Source: Candidatus Woesearchaeota archaeon
GTDB lineage: Archaea; Nanobdellota; Nanobdellia; Pacearchaeales; GW2011-AR1
Assembly: GCA_964527365.1 (NCBI GenBank)
Contig: CAZGQV010000003.1
Span: 8,668-72,667 of the forward strand
DNA length: 64,000 nucleotides
Direction: 5' to 3'
Shown: positions 20,143 to 29,721 of the stretch, in pieces
Layout of the letters: each line of letters begins with the position of its first letter
Numbering within the stretch: the first letter of the stretch is position 1
The notes under the pieces: model-generated
The model's input: the letters and a program-made list of their open reading frames with translations, nothing else
Told to the model about the DNA's origin: nothing
The model's database searches: none
Program-made: the position numbers and the translations under genes

Positions 20143-20775
20143 TTAAAGTTTCCTCCAATTTATCAACGCAAAAATAAACAAAGCTAAAATTCCACCAGCA
20201 AGAAACCACACCCACATTGGACTTGGAGTATTTTGAATTAAAACATCCCCTGCATGAACACTAGCATCAGCAATTTGGGGGGCAGAAGCAAATTCTCTCC
20301 CTATTGATTCAATATCCATTTTTTGAACAAGATTATTAGAAACACTATCAGTCAGAACTTGTGGAACGGCTTTGATTTTTCCATAAACATAACTTGCAAA
20401 AGTCCCAACACCAACAATCATAAAAGCAGGAAGTAAACTTTTGAATTTATTTGAAATAGTAGAACCTTTGGGGGAAATAATTATTGATTTATTACTTAAT
20501 TCATATAAAACAATTCTTCGTCCCTTTTTACTCCAGAAAAATTTCTGCTTTTTTTGAATCAATTCAGCAGCAAGTAATTTTTTGATATTATAATCAACTG
20601 TGTTCATTGGAATATTAAGCCCATCAGACATGTCTTTTGCACTTGATCCATCATGCTTCGCTAAATAATCAATAAACTTCTTTGAAGTCTCACTACCCAA
20701 GACATCCGCGAGTTTCTTGGCCCTGCTGTCATCCAAGGAAATTAACATAAAACTTTCTTCACCCATATCAACCAT
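20143..20775 (-). CDS. membrane-anchored winged-HTH (ArsR-like) regulator
   Basis: An N-terminal HTH region (AKDMSDGLNIPMNTVDYNIKKLLAAELI) is followed by two predicted TM helices. Confidence 0.4.
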   Translation of the reverse strand: MVDMGEESFMLISLDDSRAKKLADVLGSETSKKFIDYLAKHDGSSAKDMSDGLNIPMNTVDYNIKKLLAAELIQKKQKFFWSKKGRRIVLYELSNKSIIISPKGSTISNKFKSLLPAFMIVGVGTFASYVYGKIKAVPQVLTDSVSNNLVQKMDIESIGREFASAPQIADASVHAGDVLIQNTPSPMWVWFLAGGILALFIFALINWRKL

Positions 20776-20826
20776 TAGAATTTAATATTTATAAAAGATA
20801 CGAAGACTTCAAGGATAATTGAAGTT

Positions 20827-21138
20827 ATGAGTATAAATTCTTATAAAGAAAAAAAGATACATAAAAATATGGAAAAAATATCAGAATTTAGAAAATTGAT
20901 GGAAAAAGAGAAATTAAATAGACAATTAAGTAAAATAGAGATAATTCTTCAAAATTTCAATGAAAATAAAAATGGTCCAATCACTCCAGGAGATTTATTA
21001 GAAGAATTTCAAAGTTATAATCGTATAGCACAAAATATTAAAAATGAATGTGGGATTGAATTTGAAGATTTACAAAAAAAATATAATTTATTATATGGGT
21101 CTGCTCCGGAAGAGATGGCAGAAGAATATTTTAATTAA
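20827..21138 (+). CDS. hypothetical protein
   Basis: 103-aa ORF. Confidence 0.3.
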   Translation: MSINSYKEKKIHKNMEKISEFRKLMEKEKLNRQLSKIEIILQNFNENKNGPITPGDLLEEFQSYNRIAQNIKNECGIEFEDLQKKYNLLYGSAPEEMAEEYFN

Positions 21139-21165
21139 TTCTGAATTAATTTTTTAATAATTTGG

Positions 21166-21417
21166 CTAAACAAATCCTTCAATATTTTTACTGGGATTAC
21201 CTATTGAAACAGGGATTTTACAACCTGTTTTTACATTTTCCCAAGTTTCATCATCATCAATTTTAGACCATAAATTATAATGTTTATTATAACTCCACCA
21301 CCTTTGACCACAATTAGCAACATATGTTTTTTGGGAAGAACTTATTCCCATTCCTTCAATTTTTTCCTTATTCTCACTATGAGAATACTGTAAAATATGA
21401 CATTCTGAACAACTCAT
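21166..21417 (-). CDS. hypothetical small Cys/Trp-containing protein
   Basis: 83-aa ORF. Confidence 0.25.
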   Translation of the reverse strand: MSCSECHILQYSHSENKEKIEGMGISSSQKTYVANCGQRWWSYNKHYNLWSKIDDDETWENVKTGCKIPVSIGNPSKNIEGFV

Positions 21418-21607
21418 AAAAAATAAAATTTAATCTCATTTAAATAAATGCCTATAAATATCAAACCAAAACCCATAAAAACTCAACAAACCTCAAATTA
21501 ACATGACAACTTGGAGTTATCTTCATCATTAGAAAAGATATTCTTAGTCGTAACTCAAATTCTAAAAAAACTTATAAATGTCCCTCATTTGAATTAAATG
21601 TAATTAT

Positions 21608-21680
21608 GGCGGTTTTCGTATAGTGGTTATTACACGTGGTTGTGGTCCGCGAAACGGGGGTTCGATTCCCCCATTCCGCT
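21608..21680 (+). tRNA. tRNA-His (anticodon GUG) with genome-encoded G-1; the acceptor stem has two U.U mismatches
   Basis: Canonical T-arm GGGGG-TTCGATT-CCCCC. Anticodon arm CGTGG/TTGTGGT/CCGCG, giving anticodon GTG. D-arm GTAT/AGTGGTTA/TTAC. An extra 5' G precedes GCGGTTT. The 3' acceptor strand ATTCCGC leaves T.T mismatches at pairs 5-68 and 6-67. Confidence 0.6.
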
Positions 21681-21797
21681 TCGAATGAATTGGATGAGTG
21701 GTCAAATCTTTGATTTGATCCTCATTCCATCTTCCCCCATAATATTTTTTTCAAATAAATAAATTAAATTTATAACTAAACAATACCTAATAAAAAA

Positions 21798-22976
21798 ATG
21801 GAAACACTAAATAAAAAATCAAAGATTTCTAATTCGCCAACAAACCAAGGCGAATTAGTGAAAGGATTCAAAGACATCACAGGAATGGAAGCACAAAAAT
21901 TTGCATTAATAAGAAAAGTAGCGGAGCAAACTTTTGAAAAATACAACTTTCAAGAAATTGAAACACCAATAATTGAATACGAAGATTTCGTTAAAGGAGA
22001 AAATTCAAACGAAGAAACAATTTCAGAAATATTCAAACTAGAAGACAGAGGAAAAAGAAAACTGGCTCTAAGATATGAATTCACTTTCCAACTAAAAAGA
22101 TTAGCAAAACTACAAAAAATCCCCTTCAAAAGATTTCAAATAGGACCAGTATTTAGGGATGAACCAATAAGTAAAAATAGATTCAGGCAATTCACTCAAT
22201 GCGATATTGATACAATTGGCTCAACTCCAAAAGAAGAAGCAGAAATATTAACAGCAATAAAAGACATCTTGAAAGCCCTAAAAATTAAATCAACTATTTT
22301 TGTAAACAACAGAAGATTACTTAACGAAATATTGGAAGAACAAGGAATAAAAAATAAGCAAGAAACAATAAAAGAACTTGACAAACTAGATAAACTCTCA
22401 GAAAAAGAAGTGAAAGAGAATCTGAAAAAAATAGGAGCAGAAAAATTATTGGCTATTGTAAAACAACCAGAAGATTATTTCAAAAAGTATGAAGCTTACA
22501 AAGAAATTCTAGAACTAAAAAAATACTGTTCATCATATGGAATTAAAATAGAATTCCAACCAACACTTTCAAGAGGGCTTGCATATTACACAGGGAATGT
22601 ATTTGAAATGAAATCAGATATAAAAGAAACTATTTGTGGTGGGGGAACTTATGAAATTGAAGGAAAAGAATCAACTGGAATCTCATTCTCAATTGAAAGA
22701 TTAATGGCTGTTTCAAATATAATTGTGGGCATTGAAAAAATATTGGTAGTTTCCCTAAATGAAGATAAAAAAGCAATTCAATTATCAAAACAGCTTCGTC
22801 AACAAGGAAAAAATATATCAACATTCTTTGGAAAACCAAACAAGGCATTTGACTACGCAAAAGCTTACGGAATAAAGAAAATAATTTTTGTTGGTAAAAA
22901 AGAATGTGAAAAGAAAAGATTCATGATCAAAGATTTACAAACAGGCAAAGAAATAATTTTAACTGTTAAGAAATAA
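21798..22976 (+). CDS. hisS: histidyl-tRNA synthetase (class II aaRS)
   Basis: The motif 1 region ALIRKVAEQTFEKYNFQEIETPIIE, the motif 2 region FKRFQIGPVFRDE...RFRQFTQCDID, and a C-terminal anticodon-binding domain. It sits immediately downstream of tRNA-His. Confidence 0.75.
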   Translation: METLNKKSKISNSPTNQGELVKGFKDITGMEAQKFALIRKVAEQTFEKYNFQEIETPIIEYEDFVKGENSNEETISEIFKLEDRGKRKLALRYEFTFQLKRLAKLQKIPFKRFQIGPVFRDEPISKNRFRQFTQCDIDTIGSTPKEEAEILTAIKDILKALKIKSTIFVNNRRLLNEILEEQGIKNKQETIKELDKLDKLSEKEVKENLKKIGAEKLLAIVKQPEDYFKKYEAYKEILELKKYCSSYGIKIEFQPTLSRGLAYYTGNVFEMKSDIKETICGGGTYEIEGKESTGISFSIERLMAVSNIIVGIEKILVVSLNEDKKAIQLSKQLRQQGKNISTFFGKPNKAFDYAKAYGIKKIIFVGKKECEKKRFMIKDLQTGKEIILTVKK

Positions 22977-23017
22977 ATCACAATAATTCTTAAAAACACA
23001 AAATATCTCAAGATATC

Positions 23018-23359
23018 ATGGAAGAAAACTATTTGAAAAAAGATTTACAACTTGATCTTTCCAAAAAACCTAACAACTTAAGTGAATACGAAATTTGGTT
23101 AGAAATGAAAAAAATCCTAGTGCCAATGGAACCCCCAAAAAGAGATTCTAGTGGAATTTTAATAAACTATCTTAATGAACTTAAAACATTCGATCATTTT
23201 TATTCAGTTGAAAAACATCCAAATGTATACGTTGGAAGAAAAGACAACGGTGATATAATTTCAATGAGATTCATTTCCAAAATAAGTGAGCTTGAAGAAA
23301 GAATAAATAAATTGATTGAAGGTCCATTAAATAAAATAAAAGAAAATATAAAAGTTTAA
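23018..23359 (+). CDS. hypothetical protein
   Basis: 113-aa ORF. Confidence 0.3.
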   Translation: MEENYLKKDLQLDLSKKPNNLSEYEIWLEMKKILVPMEPPKRDSSGILINYLNELKTFDHFYSVEKHPNVYVGRKDNGDIISMRFISKISELEERINKLIEGPLNKIKENIKV

Positions 23360-23436
23360 TAATTACTAATAAAATATTTTGAAAAAATACTTTAACTTCA
23401 ACTAAATTAGAACCTTTCAACATATTTATAAAGAAT

Positions 23437-24126
23437 TTGTCCTATCTTCTTTACACAATGAAAAAAATTATTTTTTTAATAATGGTTCTTATGTGTGTAG
23501 TACCATTTGTTAATGCAGATGTTATCCCAATGGATTCACATCCTTTGTCAAAATGTGTTGAAATTGTAAATTTAAATAATTTTTCCGATGCCTACATAAT
23601 TGGTTATATTACTGGTCCAATGGTTGAAGATTATGAAACTTATTTTATTGGACAAAATGAATGTTTAACAAGTGGTTATAAATTTAATACCTTAAAAATA
23701 ATTGCTGCAAAAAAATCTTATGTTGATTCAATAGGTATAAAGAATATTGATATTAGCAATGAAAATATATTTGTTTCTGAAGAAAAAATTAATCCTTATG
23801 GAGGGTATGTTAATGAAAATGACCCCCTTATTAATTTAAAAATAGAATATTCTATTCAAGGTTTTTTAGATGGTAAACTAATATTGTATAAATCAAAAAA
23901 AACTTCTGAATACAATAATGGAACACCAAAAAAAGTAGAAACATATGAAAAATCAAATATTCAAAATATTAGATTAAATATTGGGGAGATAAATAATTCT
24001 GAACCAACACCAAAACTAACTCCAAAAATTTCTCCAGAACAAATCCCAGAACCAAAAAGTTTTTTGAATAAATTTGTATGGTTCTTCAAAGGATTATTTG
24101 GTAAAAATTGTGAAAATGATATATGA
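23437..24126 (+). CDS. secreted hypothetical protein (N-terminal signal peptide)
   Basis: The ORF begins MSYLLYTMKKIIFLIMVLMCVVPFVNA, which contains a hydrophobic signal-like core. Confidence 0.4.
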   Translation: MSYLLYTMKKIIFLIMVLMCVVPFVNADVIPMDSHPLSKCVEIVNLNNFSDAYIIGYITGPMVEDYETYFIGQNECLTSGYKFNTLKIIAAKKSYVDSIGIKNIDISNENIFVSEEKINPYGGYVNENDPLINLKIEYSIQGFLDGKLILYKSKKTSEYNNGTPKKVETYEKSNIQNIRLNIGEINNSEPTPKLTPKISPEQIPEPKSFLNKFVWFFKGLFGKNCENDI

Positions 24127-24460
24127 AACAAAATTTCTTTTATCTCTCTTAGTAACATTAATTATTGAAATTCCCATAATATTTTTACTTATTAAATATT
24201 TCATTAAACCAAAAAAGTTTTCAATAAAAAAAATAATTGTTGTTGGAATTATTGCTTCAACATTAACACTTCCATACTTTTGGTTTATATTAGTCGCTTA
24301 TCTCTCCCCAAATTATTACATACTATTTGGAGAAATTTTTGTAATACTTATTGAATCTTTGATCTTTAATCAAATTCTCAAGATTAAACTACACAAAGCT
24401 TTTTACATTTCATTAATAGCAAACATTTCTTCTATATTGGCAGGAATACTAATCTTCTAA
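24116..24460 (+). CDS. small polytopic membrane protein
   Basis: The track ORF is 24074..24460. The likely start is the internal MIYETKF, just after the upstream stop. It has 3 to 4 hydrophobic helices. Confidence 0.35.
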   Translation: MIYETKFLLSLLVTLIIEIPIIFLLIKYFIKPKKFSIKKIIVVGIIASTLTLPYFWFILVAYLSPNYYILFGEIFVILIESLIFNQILKIKLHKAFYISLIANISSILAGILIF

Positions 24461-24510
24461 AAACTTTAACTCCAACAATTGATCTAAATCCAACCTCAAA
24501 AGAAACAAAA

Positions 24511-24969
24511 TTACCTAAACCAAGACCAAATCTTCAAACCAATCTTCACAAAAGTTGATTTAAATTTCTTAGTAAATGATTTACCTTTAATCTTAATCTC
24601 CCCATCACTAATTTTTTCAAGAAGAGTATCCACCAAAGCTTCACTTTCATAAATATCAAATAAAGTTGCCTCACTTTCAATTAAAATATCATAAGTAGCA
24701 TTTTCATTTTCAATACAATCAAACTCTTCAATCATAGAATTATTTAATTCTAAAAAACCATAACTTTCTTCTGCAATATAAATATTAAAAATTTCTGTAT
24801 TAAATGGAATCTGTGAAGGAATTACTTGTCCAATTATTTTATCCTTATATTGTAAAAGACTTTGACATTCAACTTGTTTAAAATTAATTTGTTCAATCTC
24901 GGCATCTTGCGCAACAACAAAAGTTAAACTTAAAATTAATGCAAAAACAAATACCATCATCTTTTTCAT
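24511..24969 (-). CDS. small secreted protein
   Basis: The track ORF is 24511..25347. Its N-terminal 126 aa cross a GC-rich, non-coding-looking stretch. The likely true start is MKKMMVFVFALILSLTFVVAQ (a signal peptide) near 24969. Confidence 0.35.
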   Translation of the reverse strand: MKKMMVFVFALILSLTFVVAQDAEIEQINFKQVECQSLLQYKDKIIGQVIPSQIPFNTEIFNIYIAEESYGFLELNNSMIEEFDCIENENATYDILIESEATLFDIYESEALVDTLLEKISDGEIKIKGKSFTKKFKSTFVKIGLKIWSWFR

Positions 24970-25039
24970 AACCAAAACAAGAAAACTCCGTTTATATTCT
25001 TTTTTATCTTTCCCCCTCACTGAAAAACCATAAAATTTC

Positions 25040-25140
25040 CCTGTTAACCTCAAACAACTTATGTTCTCCAACAGCCTGCATGAGCAGGTTCTCGTGCCGG
25101 GAACTTTGGTGAGGCGGTACAAAGGATAACTCAATTTTTT
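25040..25140 (+). ncRNA. candidate small structured RNA or regulatory leader (GC-rich island ending in a T6 tract)
   Basis: The GC content is locally much higher than the surrounding DNA. There is a perfect hairpin CCTGC-ATGA-GCAGG enclosed by GTTCTC...GGGAAC pairing, followed by the tract ttttttcccccc. No ORF of normal composition covers it. Confidence 0.25.
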
Positions 25141-25186
25141 CCCCCCAATTCCAAGAATTTTTAAACTAAAATTAACTAAGATAAAA

Positions 25187-26053
25187 ATGGTAGAAAAACT
25201 TATTGGGGGACAAGCTGTAATGGAGGGGGTAATGATGCTTAACGGTAAAAAACAAGCAATCGCAGTTAGAAACCCGGAAGGAAAAATAATTATAAAAAAA
25301 GGAGAAATTAATCCCCCACAATCAAAAATTACAAACTTGCCTTTCATAAGGGGAGTAATAAAATTAATCTACATGATGGTAATTGGAATAAGAGCATTAA
25401 ATTATTCTACAAGCATAGCTGTAGATGAAAAAGAAGAAGAGTTCACAGGTTGGAGCATGATACTATTCATGTTTTTTTCAATTGCTTTTGCATTATTTTT
25501 ATTCAAATTTTTACCATTATTAGCAACTAAATTTTTAGTTTCAAAAATAATATATTTACAAACACAAAATTTCCTCCCAAACTTAATTGATGGAATAATA
25601 AAGATTTCAATTTTTATTTTATATATTTACTTAATGACTTTATCTCAAGAAACAAAAAAATTATTCGAGTATCATGGTGCAGAACATAAAACAATTAGAT
25701 GTCAAGAATCTAAAGAAAAATTAACTCCAAAAAATGCAAAGAAATATTCAAGATTCCATCCAAGATGTGGAACATCATTTATTTTTGGAACCCTCTTAAT
25801 TAGTATTTTCGTCTACACAATAATTCCATTCAACGATGTAACTTTCTGGGAAAATCTATTGTATAGAATATTATTACTTCCAGTAATCATGGGAATTTCT
25901 TATGAAATATTAAGAATCTCTGGAAAAAATGAAAACAATTGGTTCTTTAAAATAATAACAGCTCCAGGACTTTGGATGCAAAGACTAACTACAAAGGAAC
26001 CAAATGAAAAACAACTTGAAGTTGCAATAAAATCTTTAGAAGGTGTTATGTGA
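25187..26053 (+). CDS. DUF1385 (YqhQ-like) membrane protein
   Basis: The N-terminus LIGGQAVMEGVMM is the DUF1385 signature, followed by multiple TM helices. Confidence 0.55.
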   Translation: MVEKLIGGQAVMEGVMMLNGKKQAIAVRNPEGKIIIKKGEINPPQSKITNLPFIRGVIKLIYMMVIGIRALNYSTSIAVDEKEEEFTGWSMILFMFFSIAFALFLFKFLPLLATKFLVSKIIYLQTQNFLPNLIDGIIKISIFILYIYLMTLSQETKKLFEYHGAEHKTIRCQESKEKLTPKNAKKYSRFHPRCGTSFIFGTLLISIFVYTIIPFNDVTFWENLLYRILLLPVIMGISYEILRISGKNENNWFFKIITAPGLWMQRLTTKEPNEKQLEVAIKSLEGVM

Positions 26054-26095
26054 AAAGGTTAAGAAGTTGTAGAAAAGCTTGAGTTAGTTGTTTCT

Positions 26096-26311
26096 TTATT
26101 CTACTTTTTTATAATCTTTAATTTCTGGGAAAAAATAATATAATCTATAAAGCACATCATTAGCTGCCCTCAAGGTCATTTTTTCTGGTAAACAATTTGC
26201 ACTTTGATTCTGAAGAAAATATGCATTACTCTTTTCTTGATCTACCTCATCCATCAACGCCTGTTCAAAATCTTTTAATTTATTCATTAAATTTTTTGTT
26301 TCTTTTCCCAT
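26096..26311 (-). CDS. hypothetical small protein
   Basis: 71-aa ORF. Confidence 0.25.
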   Translation of the reverse strand: MGKETKNLMNKLKDFEQALMDEVDQEKSNAYFLQNQSANCLPEKMTLRAANDVLYRLYYFFPEIKDYKKVE

Positions 26312-26369
26312 AATTAATTAATTTTTTAGTAGATTATAAATATTATTGTGATAAGGTTAAGAGATTATC

Positions 26370-27452
26370 TTAGTTTAAAATATCATATCCTTTCATCAAA
26401 AGAATTTTCCTAACAGCATCATCAATTTGTTGCTCATTTATTTCACCAATTAAAACTTTCTCTTCTAATTTTTCTAAGATATTTTTTAATTGTTTATCTG
26501 TAATATAGAAATCCAAAATTAACTCTTCCCCAGAATTAATTAAATCCACATAAAGATCAATTTTATCTGGATAAAAGGAATGTAATCCTTCCATATTTAT
26601 TTCATCCGCAACAATTAATCCTTCAAATTCGGAAAGAGTACCTAAAACCCCTGGAGAAACTGTTGAAGGTCCCCCACTTGAATCTATCAATCCCTTAGAA
26701 ATCTGATGACTAACCATAATAGCTGAAACATTTTTTTTTATACAATTCTCAAAAATAAGTAAATCCTCTTCTCCAATTATTTGTGTATCTGTTTCCTCAT
26801 GCAAATTTTTCAATAAAGATTTTCCCGGATAATGTTTACATGTACCAAAAATATTTTCTTGTAATCCTTCAACATATGCTTCAACTTTTTCATTAATTTG
26901 ATCAACTTCTCCAGAAAAAACTCTCCCCCCATAAGCCAAATCTTTATATTCGGCAACAGGAGCAAAATTTAGATTAAACCCAATGGATTTTAGCAACTCT
27001 CCTTGTTTTAATCCAACCTCATATGCTTCCAAACTTGAATTTATTTCATTAAAAGGAGGAAATTTTTGATTTTCTTGAACATTTTTTCTAAAGGGAGTCC
27101 AAGCACCCTCCATATCTGTAGCAACAAATAATTTTATTTTGGAATCTTTTTGATATATTGAAATTAATTCCACATAAGCTTCTTGAGAATTTTGTCTATC
27201 TAAAAATATTCCCCCAATATTAAGGGAATTATAATCAAGGTCTTTTTTATCCCCTCTAACCATAATCATTTGAGAAATTTTCTGTTGTAACGTTAAACTA
27301 GCTATATCTATTGTATTCCCTTCGATAAAAATATTATCTGTATTGCCAAAATCTTTGTCAATAAAAAAGATTCCAACCAGAATTAATATTAAAATTAAAA
27401 CTAATGCTATCTTAAAATTTGATGATCGCATTACCTGTAATAGATTTTTCAT
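26370..27452 (-). CDS. glycoside hydrolase family 3 N-terminal-domain protein (beta-N-acetylhexosaminidase, NagZ-like), membrane-anchored
   Basis: KHYPGKS...H (GH3 K-H-F/YPGHG-like) and MVSHQISKGLIDSSGGPSTVSPGVLGTL...GLIVADEINMEGL (the GH3 catalytic Asp region). Confidence 0.6.
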   Translation of the reverse strand: MKNLLQVMRSSNFKIALVLILILILVGIFFIDKDFGNTDNIFIEGNTIDIASLTLQQKISQMIMVRGDKKDLDYNSLNIGGIFLDRQNSQEAYVELISIYQKDSKIKLFVATDMEGAWTPFRKNVQENQKFPPFNEINSSLEAYEVGLKQGELLKSIGFNLNFAPVAEYKDLAYGGRVFSGEVDQINEKVEAYVEGLQENIFGTCKHYPGKSLLKNLHEETDTQIIGEEDLLIFENCIKKNVSAIMVSHQISKGLIDSSGGPSTVSPGVLGTLSEFEGLIVADEINMEGLHSFYPDKIDLYVDLINSGEELILDFYITDKQLKNILEKLEEKVLIGEINEQQIDDAVRKILLMKGYDILN

Positions 27453-28461
27453 TTTTCTCCTTCGTTATATAATCATAAAATTCTTTATATGTCATAGATT
27501 TTGCACCATCTTCTTTAACATATTTCAAAAATAAATCTAAATCTTCTAATTTTTCTTCTGAATCAAAAGTATTTTGGTGCAATTGAATAATAAAAAGATT
27601 TTCTTTTTTATAACTTTTAATCCAATCTTCATATTCCGTATGTCTAAAATCTTTAGCATACCAACCATAATGGTAAATTGGGTCATACCCCCTAGGGGTA
27701 ATTATTACATTTTCATCAAAATAAGCTTTTGGAACATGAGTATTTCCAATAATTGTAAAACCTGCTTTCTTAACATTTTCATATTGTTCAGTTGTCCAAG
27801 CATTTCCTGGAGGAAAATAACTATGGATTGATATTCCAAAAATATTTTCAATTTCTCTTTTTCCTTGGAAAATATTGTACCAAACTTCTTCATAAGCCGG
27901 ACAATAAAATGAATTTCTACAATGATTATATCCGTGCATCCCCACTTCATAACCCTTATCTAAAACCTCTTCTATATACTCCACCATTTCAGGATCTTCC
28001 CTTAAAGGAAAATTTTCTCCTGTTTGTTCTACAAAAATATATGGGGTAACACCTATTGTTGCGATAAATCCATATTTATCAATTATATCTGTAACTTGTT
28101 TGTATCTCTCAAGATCATATCCAAAAGGTCCCAGGTATTCTTCTGTATCTTGCATATTCCACCAATCATCTAATTCAATAATAATTATTTTTTCTTGAAC
28201 TTTAACACTAGTTTGATGATCCAACCTCGCTCCAATAAAGAAAAAAACAAGAAACGCAATAAAAAAAATCATTACAAGAAAAACTAAAATTTTTCTAACA
28301 ATTTTTTTCTTTATTTTAATTTTCTTTTTTAAATTTTCAAAAAAGTTAATTCTTTTTAATATATAAAATAAAAGAAAAATTATGGCTAATATCAAGAACA
28401 AATAACCTAGTTTACTAATAATTGCAGATTGAGTTAATTCATAATGTATTGTCCAAACCAT
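27412..28461 (-). CDS. DUF2334-type polysaccharide-deacetylase-like protein, N-terminal TM anchor
   Basis: ELDDWW...GMHGYNH...H-rich motifs in an ordered pattern typical of DUF2334 / predicted deacetylases. Confidence 0.45.
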   Translation of the reverse strand: MVWTIHYELTQSAIISKLGYLFLILAIIFLLFYILKRINFFENLKKKIKIKKKIVRKILVFLVMIFFIAFLVFFFIGARLDHQTSVKVQEKIIIIELDDWWNMQDTEEYLGPFGYDLERYKQVTDIIDKYGFIATIGVTPYIFVEQTGENFPLREDPEMVEYIEEVLDKGYEVGMHGYNHCRNSFYCPAYEEVWYNIFQGKREIENIFGISIHSYFPPGNAWTTEQYENVKKAGFTIIGNTHVPKAYFDENVIITPRGYDPIYHYGWYAKDFRHTEYEDWIKSYKKENLFIIQLHQNTFDSEEKLEDLDLFLKYVKEDGAKSMTYKEFYDYITKEKNEKSITGNAIIKF

Positions 28462-28574
28462 ATTATTAAGAGATTATCTTAATTTAAAAAAATTACTTTT
28501 ATCTGTCTTGATTTGATTCTTAGAAGTTGTAGAAATTGCAGAATAGGTTGAATTAATTAGTTATTTGGAATTTA

Positions 28575-29081
28575 CTAAAGAGAACATTCATAAATTTCTG
28601 GAATACTTGATTCTAAAATATTTCCTTCTTTATCTACTCTAAATATTAGTTCGGCTGCATTTGAAGGCCTATCATTACGTCCAGCAATCCTATGAATTTT
28701 AGATGTTATTAAATAATATTCTCCTTTATCTTCAACCATATATTTATATCCCCCAGATCCCCCCTCATCGAAACTTTCAACATAAACATAATTTTGATCT
28801 TCCAATTCTCCTGAATAAGAACCCCCACAAATAACACAATGTGGATATGTTGCAGCCCCATCCAAATCTTGACAATATGATTGTATTTCTGGTTTAACTA
28901 TTTCTAAAATTTGTTCCTGATAATATTGCTCTTTTATTTCTTTTAGTTGTTCATCGGTTAAATCTAACTTATGAGAATTAGCTATGAACACATTACTTAA
29001 TAAAAACCAAATTGATATTGCTAAAACAATAATTCCAATTGTCCAATAAATTGCTCCTCTTTTCATAGGTGTTATAATCAA
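28575..29081 (-). CDS. membrane-anchored secreted hypothetical protein
   Basis: An N-terminal TM segment followed by a Cys-containing ectodomain. Confidence 0.35.
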   Translation of the reverse strand: MIITPMKRGAIYWTIGIIVLAISIWFLLSNVFIANSHKLDLTDEQLKEIKEQYYQEQILEIVKPEIQSYCQDLDGAATYPHCVICGGSYSGELEDQNYVYVESFDEGGSGGYKYMVEDKGEYYLITSKIHRIAGRNDRPSNAAELIFRVDKEGNILESSIPEIYECSL

Positions 29082-29168
29082 AAAACCTTTATAATTTTAC
29101 CGCACAAAAACAAAATCCCAGCATATCTGCACTAAATAAAAAAACTAACAATCTTACTTCCCAACTAA

Positions 29169-29512
29169 TTATTTACCAACAGTAGTATAAAACTTACTAT
29201 ATTCGTCATCGTCTTCATCAGGTTCTCGTCTTTCAAAACGTGGTCTTCCGCCTCTATCTGGCCTTTCCTTTTCTTCAGCAATACTAACTGTTATCTTTCT
29301 ACCATCCATTTCCTTTTCATGCATTTCTTCTACTGCTTTAGCTGCAGCATCTTCATCAATAAAAGTTACAAAACCAAATCCTTTACTTCGATTAGTTTCT
29401 CGGTCAGTAATAACTATAACATCTTCAATATCCCCGAATCCCGAAAACATTTTTTCCAAGTCTTCCGTCTTCAGTTTGAAATTCAAATTCCCTACAAATA
29501 TCTTTTTACTCA
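29169..29512 (-). CDS. RRM-type RNA-binding protein (RNP-1 KGFGFVTF) with an acidic/RGG-like tail
   Basis: RNP-2 KIFVGNLNF and RNP-1 KGFGFVTF. The likely start is MSKKIFVG (near 29512), preceded by a GGAGG Shine-Dalgarno about 8 nt upstream. The track ORF 29169..29591 begins in the leader. Confidence 0.75.
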
Positions 29513-29591
29513 TCTTAATTTTTTCCTCCATAAACTTTTCTCGCGAAATCGTTTCCCAATCGATTTTGTTGACTGGGAAAAGTTTTTTCAC

Positions 29592-29700
29592 AGGAAATTG
29601 CTAAACAATTTCCTTTGAATCGTAGTGAATCCAGAAGATTCACGCAGTTTCATTCTTACTTCTCAAACTCTTTTCCGAACAATAATAATAAAAAATAATA
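29592..29700 (-). promoter_or_regulatory. structured 5' leader of the RRM gene (multiple hairpins)
   Basis: On the minus strand there are perfect hairpins GTGAATC-ttctg-GATTCAC and GGAAATTG-ttta-gCAATTTCC, followed by an AGGAGG SD. Confidence 0.4.
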
Positions 29701-29721
29701 AAATTAAAAAATTAATTAAAC

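Noticed and set aside
21684-21740. Possible second tRNA or tRNA half immediately 3' of tRNA-His
   Set aside because: It contains a good 9-bp hairpin, but no T-arm, D-arm or anticodon-arm arrangement could be built. It is interpreted instead as a terminator or processing hairpin followed by a T-tract.
24970-25347. N-terminal 126 aa of track ORF 24511..25347
   Set aside because: This part of the translation crosses the GC-rich structured island and is Cys/Arg/Gly-rich, unlike the rest of the proteome. A canonical signal-peptide start (MKKMMVFVF...) exists at about 24969, so the upstream extension is considered non-coding.
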